Shown piece by piece: positions 62,901 through 64,000 of a DNA stretch of 64,000 nt. A program made the position numbers and the translations under genes. The DNA comes from Chiloscyllium plagiosum (lineage: Eukaryota), in contig NC_057758.1 in the NCBI RefSeq assembly GCF_004010195.1, positions 9,868,031 to 9,932,030 of the forward strand, given 5' to 3'. The notes below the pieces were generated by a model that had not been told where the DNA came from, did not search any database, and saw only the letters and a list, made by a program, of their open reading frames with translations. Numbering within the stretch: position 1 is the first letter of the stretch; each line of letters starts with the position of its first letter.

Positions 62901-63862
62901 GCTGGTAAAAAACCTTCCAACATTTAAGAAGTACAAGTTATTCTGCATGTGTCCTCAACGTGGACTCATTGTGACACGATTAACAAATTGGGCACACTAT
63001 CTGTAAAGCCCGTGAAATTTTAAAACATGTGTTGGCTGTAACACAATTTCATCGCCAACACTTTAAGCACTGTTTGTAAAGTACAATTTTTCTATAACAT
63101 GCAGTTGCACAAGAACGCAACCATCGGGTTTTAGAAGAATTGACTGTATTTAGATTTGCACTTGGGATGCCAAGGTATACAAGGCTATGGACAGTGCTGG
63201 AAAATCGAATTAGAATGATTAGGTGATTGTTTTCGACAAGCTATTACAAGGGGGCATAGCTTTAAATTAAGGGGGGGTAGGTATAGGACAGATGTTAGGG
63301 GTAGGTTCTTTACTCAGCGAGTCGTGAGTTCATGGAATGCCCTGCCAGTAGCAGTGGTGGACTCTCCCTCATTATGGGCATTTAAGCGGGCATTGGATAG
63401 GTATATGGAGGATAGTGGGCTAGTGTAGGTTAGGTGGGCTTGGATCGGCGCAACATCGAGGGCCGAAGGGCCTGTACTGCGCTGTATTCTTCTATGTTCT
63501 AAGCACAGACAGCTTGGGCTGAAGGGCCCTTTTCTCTGCCTTAGACGTCTATGACTGCATGACTTTTGGTGGGTGATTGGAGTAGTGGTGGCAATATCTG
63601 AAGGTCTTGAAATTACAGATTGTCCAGTTTTCTTGCTTTAAAGATGCTTCTGACTTTGCTTCCTCTAGATCTGTCCAGCTGCCTGCAGGGGCCGTGCTCT
63701 TCACTCAAGGTGTTACCAATTCTCAGTCCCATTGACTGTGAGGTCAATGCTCCACTCCATGGGGCAAGGCTCCTTCACGGGACAGACCTGCTGCAGGTTC
63801 TGGATCAGGCCAGCTTATACCAGGAGAGCAAGGATTTACCAAACCCCAGCCACATGAAGTGA
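29787..63862 (+). CDS. Hypoxia-inducible factor alpha family gene (HIF-4alpha-like, divergent), multi-exon; 13 visible coding exons, first exon not visible
   Basis: Exons 29787-29977, 41812-41957, 42584-42668, 45783-45892, 46876-47057, 48575-48681, 50992-51139, 56189-56385, 58252-58466, 59900-60051, 61528-61615, 62089-62227 and 63669-63862 all have AG/GT ends and compatible phases (1954 nt, one open frame to TGA). Several exon sizes (191, 146, 85, 107, 148) match those I recall for HIF1A. Confidence 0.93.
30247..32720. mobile_element. Penelope-like inverted terminal arms enclosing an N-gap and CR1 sequence, flanked by a direct repeat
   Basis: 30247-30472 is the reverse complement of ~32460-32690; cacagcagataagag at 30235 and 32721. 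Confidence 0.75.
32740..36200. mobile_element. Cluster of nested, degenerate CR1-like LINE fragments (both strands)
   Basis: APE-like LDLVMCNE...[13 protein letters not shown]-like [15 protein letters not shown] and [18 protein letters not shown]. Confidence 0.8.
34253..34411. mobile_element. Tigger/pogo-like MITE
   Basis: TIRs CAGAGGAACCTC(A/G)ATTAT ... ATAATCGAGGTTCCTCTG with TA on both sides; interrupts a CR1. Confidence 0.85.
37030..38398. repeat. 33-bp minisatellite array
   Basis: Tandem cactgttggagggtcagtgctgagggagtgctg. Confidence 0.9.
38405..41105 (-). mobile_element. CR1/L2-group LINE copy B, inverted near-identical partner of copy A
   Basis: ORF-track peptides identical or nearly so between 10576-11455 and 39601-40405. 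Confidence 0.88.
41270..41760. repeat. 33-bp minisatellite array
   Basis: Same unit, ending ~50 nt before HIF exon 3. Confidence 0.9.
41812..41957 (+). CDS. HIF-alpha exon 3 (PAS-A start)
   Basis: tttcag|GG...ACACAG|gtaaag; [33 protein letters not shown]; 146 nt. Confidence 0.93.
42584..42668 (+). CDS. HIF-alpha exon 4 (PAS-A)
   Basis: aaacag|CTG...CAAG|gtgaga; [28 protein letters not shown]; 85 nt. Confidence 0.94.
42705..43295. repeat. 33-bp minisatellite array (variant unit)
   Basis: cactgtcagagggtcagtgcttagggag units. Confidence 0.88.
44888..45690 (-). mobile_element. CR1/HER1-like LINE 3' fragment
   Basis: [32 protein letters not shown]. Confidence 0.88.
45783..45892 (+). CDS. HIF-alpha exon 5 (PAS-A)
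   Basis: caacag|TG...TGGAAG|gtgcga; [37 protein letters not shown] (cf. EPAS1 [26 protein letters not shown]); not in the ORF track. Confidence 0.93.
46876..47057 (+). CDS. HIF-alpha exon 6 (PAS-A end, PAS-B start)
   Basis: tttcag|GTG...AGCAG|gtcagt; VLHCSG...[39 protein letters not shown]. Confidence 0.94.
47129..47692 (-). mobile_element. Penelope-like element 3' fragment (GIY-YIG endonuclease) with a 12-bp TSD
   Basis: Minus-strand [28 protein letters not shown]; acctctaactct at 47117 and 47693; short inverted terminal piece. Confidence 0.85.
48575..48681 (+). CDS. HIF-alpha exon 7 (PAS-B)
   Basis: tcacag|A...AGCT|gtaagt; [36 protein letters not shown]; 107 nt. Confidence 0.94.
48893..49005 (+). 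mobile_element. tRNA-derived SINE head
   Basis: A-box-like TGGTGCAGTGG and B-box GGTTCAAGTCC. Confidence 0.6.
49075..50280 (-). mobile_element. Degenerate LINE 5' part (family of copies A/B)
   Basis: [22 protein letters not shown]; tRNA-like and APE-like remnants. Confidence 0.7.
50992..51139 (+). CDS. HIF-alpha exon 8 (PAS-B/PAC)
   Basis: tggcag|TG...TTGAG|gtaaaa; [49 protein letters not shown]; 148 nt. Confidence 0.94.
51369..51581. mobile_element. Short palindromic Penelope-like insertion with TSD
   Basis: 81-bp inverted arms 51369-51449 and 51465-51545; catatccctcta(a) at 51357 and 51582; inserted in a CR1 3' fragment (~51260-52200, -). Confidence 0.88.
52570..53215 (-). mobile_element. 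CR1-like LINE RT fragment
   Basis: [16 protein letters not shown]...GVPQ...SKFADDTK. Confidence 0.85.
53430..53746 (-). mobile_element. tRNA-derived SINE (HE1-like) with a CR1-type tail
   Basis: Minus strand ATGGTGGCTCAGTGGTTAGCACTGCTGCC...GAGTTCGAGTCC. Confidence 0.7.
54230..55730 (-). mobile_element. CR1-like LINE RT fragment
   Basis: [34 protein letters not shown]. Confidence 0.85.
56189..56385 (+). CDS. HIF-alpha exon 9 (post-PAS; lacks N-ODD LxxLAP)
   Basis: ttacag|T...TCAG|gtaagg; [15 protein letters not shown] matches the HIF 'IFSLQQTE' segment; phases 2->1. Confidence 0.88.
56455..56674. mobile_element. Short palindromic Penelope-like insertion
   Basis: Imperfect inverted arms; ctcacaat on both sides; CTGATGA...GAAAC core at 56549-56576. 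Confidence 0.75.
58252..58466 (+). CDS. HIF-alpha exon 10 (low-conservation linker)
   Basis: gttcag|GG...ACTGAG|gtaagt; open, non-repetitive; phases 1->0 bridge exon 9 to the C-ODD exon. Confidence 0.75.
58945..59556. mobile_element. Possible solo LTR
   Basis: Starts TGTAAC, ends TCATAAC(C), internal AATAAA; imperfect acaa/acag flanks. Confidence 0.4.
59900..60051 (+). CDS. HIF-alpha C-ODD/N-TAD exon
   Basis: gtgtag|[27 protein letters not shown] (cf. HIF1A LEMLAPYIPMDDDFQL); donor CCAG|gtagag, phase 2; not in the ORF track. Confidence 0.9.
60060..60402. repeat. 30-bp minisatellite (ccccaggaatacctagactcccagccgata)
   Basis: ~11 diverged tandem units directly after the C-ODD exon. Confidence 0.85.
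60979..61206. mobile_element. Palindromic Penelope-like insertion (second family) with a 10-bp TSD
   Basis: Inverted arms; atcggagttc at 60969 and 61207; related fragments at ~19843-19930, ~28787-28912 and ~35737-35855. Confidence 0.85.
61528..61615 (+). CDS. HIF-alpha exon (first basic NLS-like cluster)
   Basis: ttgcag|G...GCAGTG|gtgagt; [30 protein letters not shown]; phases 2->0. Confidence 0.75.
61695..62075. repeat. ~68-bp tandem repeat (ctttactctgtatctaac...gtcctgggaatgtttgatggggacagtgtagag); same family at ~36555-36735
   Basis: Diverged tandem units. Confidence 0.75.
62089..62227 (+). CDS. HIF-alpha penultimate exon (KRLK NLS-like)
   Basis: tttcag|TGT...ACAG|gtaggg; [25 protein letters not shown]... 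(cf. HIF1A WKRVK); phases 0->1. Confidence 0.8.
62465..63560 (+). mobile_element. Nested CR1 3' fragments containing a degenerate Tigger-like MITE (62934-63146)
   Basis: CR1 3' motifs and tails; MITE bounded by TA with imperfect TIRs. Confidence 0.65.
63669..63862 (+). CDS. HIF-alpha last exon (C-terminal transactivation domain)
   Basis: ctctag|[66 protein letters not shown]; contains the FIH-target CEVNAP motif. Confidence 0.95.
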
Positions 63863-64000
63863 GTGGACTGCCAGACTTAAGTTATGAGGAATGACTGGAC
63901 TTCGCCCGGAGGGAGTGAGCTCCGATTCCGGGACAGTGGGGACAGCTCGGACAGCGGGGGTCAGTCCCAAAGGCCACAGTTACTGGTGACATCTAAGCCC

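Noticed and set aside
29787..63862. Naming the gene HIF1A, EPAS1 or HIF3A
   Set aside because: Too divergent, lacks the N-ODD yet keeps the C-TAD, and the neighbours do not fit; symbol withheld pending phylogeny.

Overview
Repeat-rich vertebrate genomic DNA with several N-gaps, most likely from a cartilaginous fish (shark). That assignment is inferred from the HER1/CR1-like LINEs, HE1-like SINEs, Penelope-like elements and characteristic minisatellites. Three spliced genes can be reconstructed from GT-AG boundaries and codon phase. (1) An LBH-family gene (+; core exons 16643-16749, 23499-23709, ~24213-24325/24459; possible upstream coding exon 5814-6039). (2) CSKMT/METTL12 (-; exons 27629-27198 and 26569-26349; first exon not visible), convergent with the LBH gene. 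(3) A divergent hypoxia-inducible factor alpha gene (+; 13 visible exons, 29787-63862, ~650 codons in one intact frame; first exon not visible). It has bHLH, PAS-A, PAS-B, a single LxxLAP degron (C-ODD, no N-ODD), a bipartite NLS-like region and a C-TAD with CEVNAP. This domain combination and linkage to LBH-family and CSKMT genes suggest the fourth vertebrate HIF-alpha ohnologue (HIF-4alpha-like) rather than HIF1A, EPAS1 or HIF3A. Other notable structure: three Penelope-like families carrying hammerhead-ribozyme-type motifs with compensatory stem changes, often as TSD-flanked palindromes; a perfect 21 x 94-bp array with TACGTG in every unit; near-identical inverted LINE copies ~28 kb apart; and a duplicated CSKMT exon fragment fused to a CR1.
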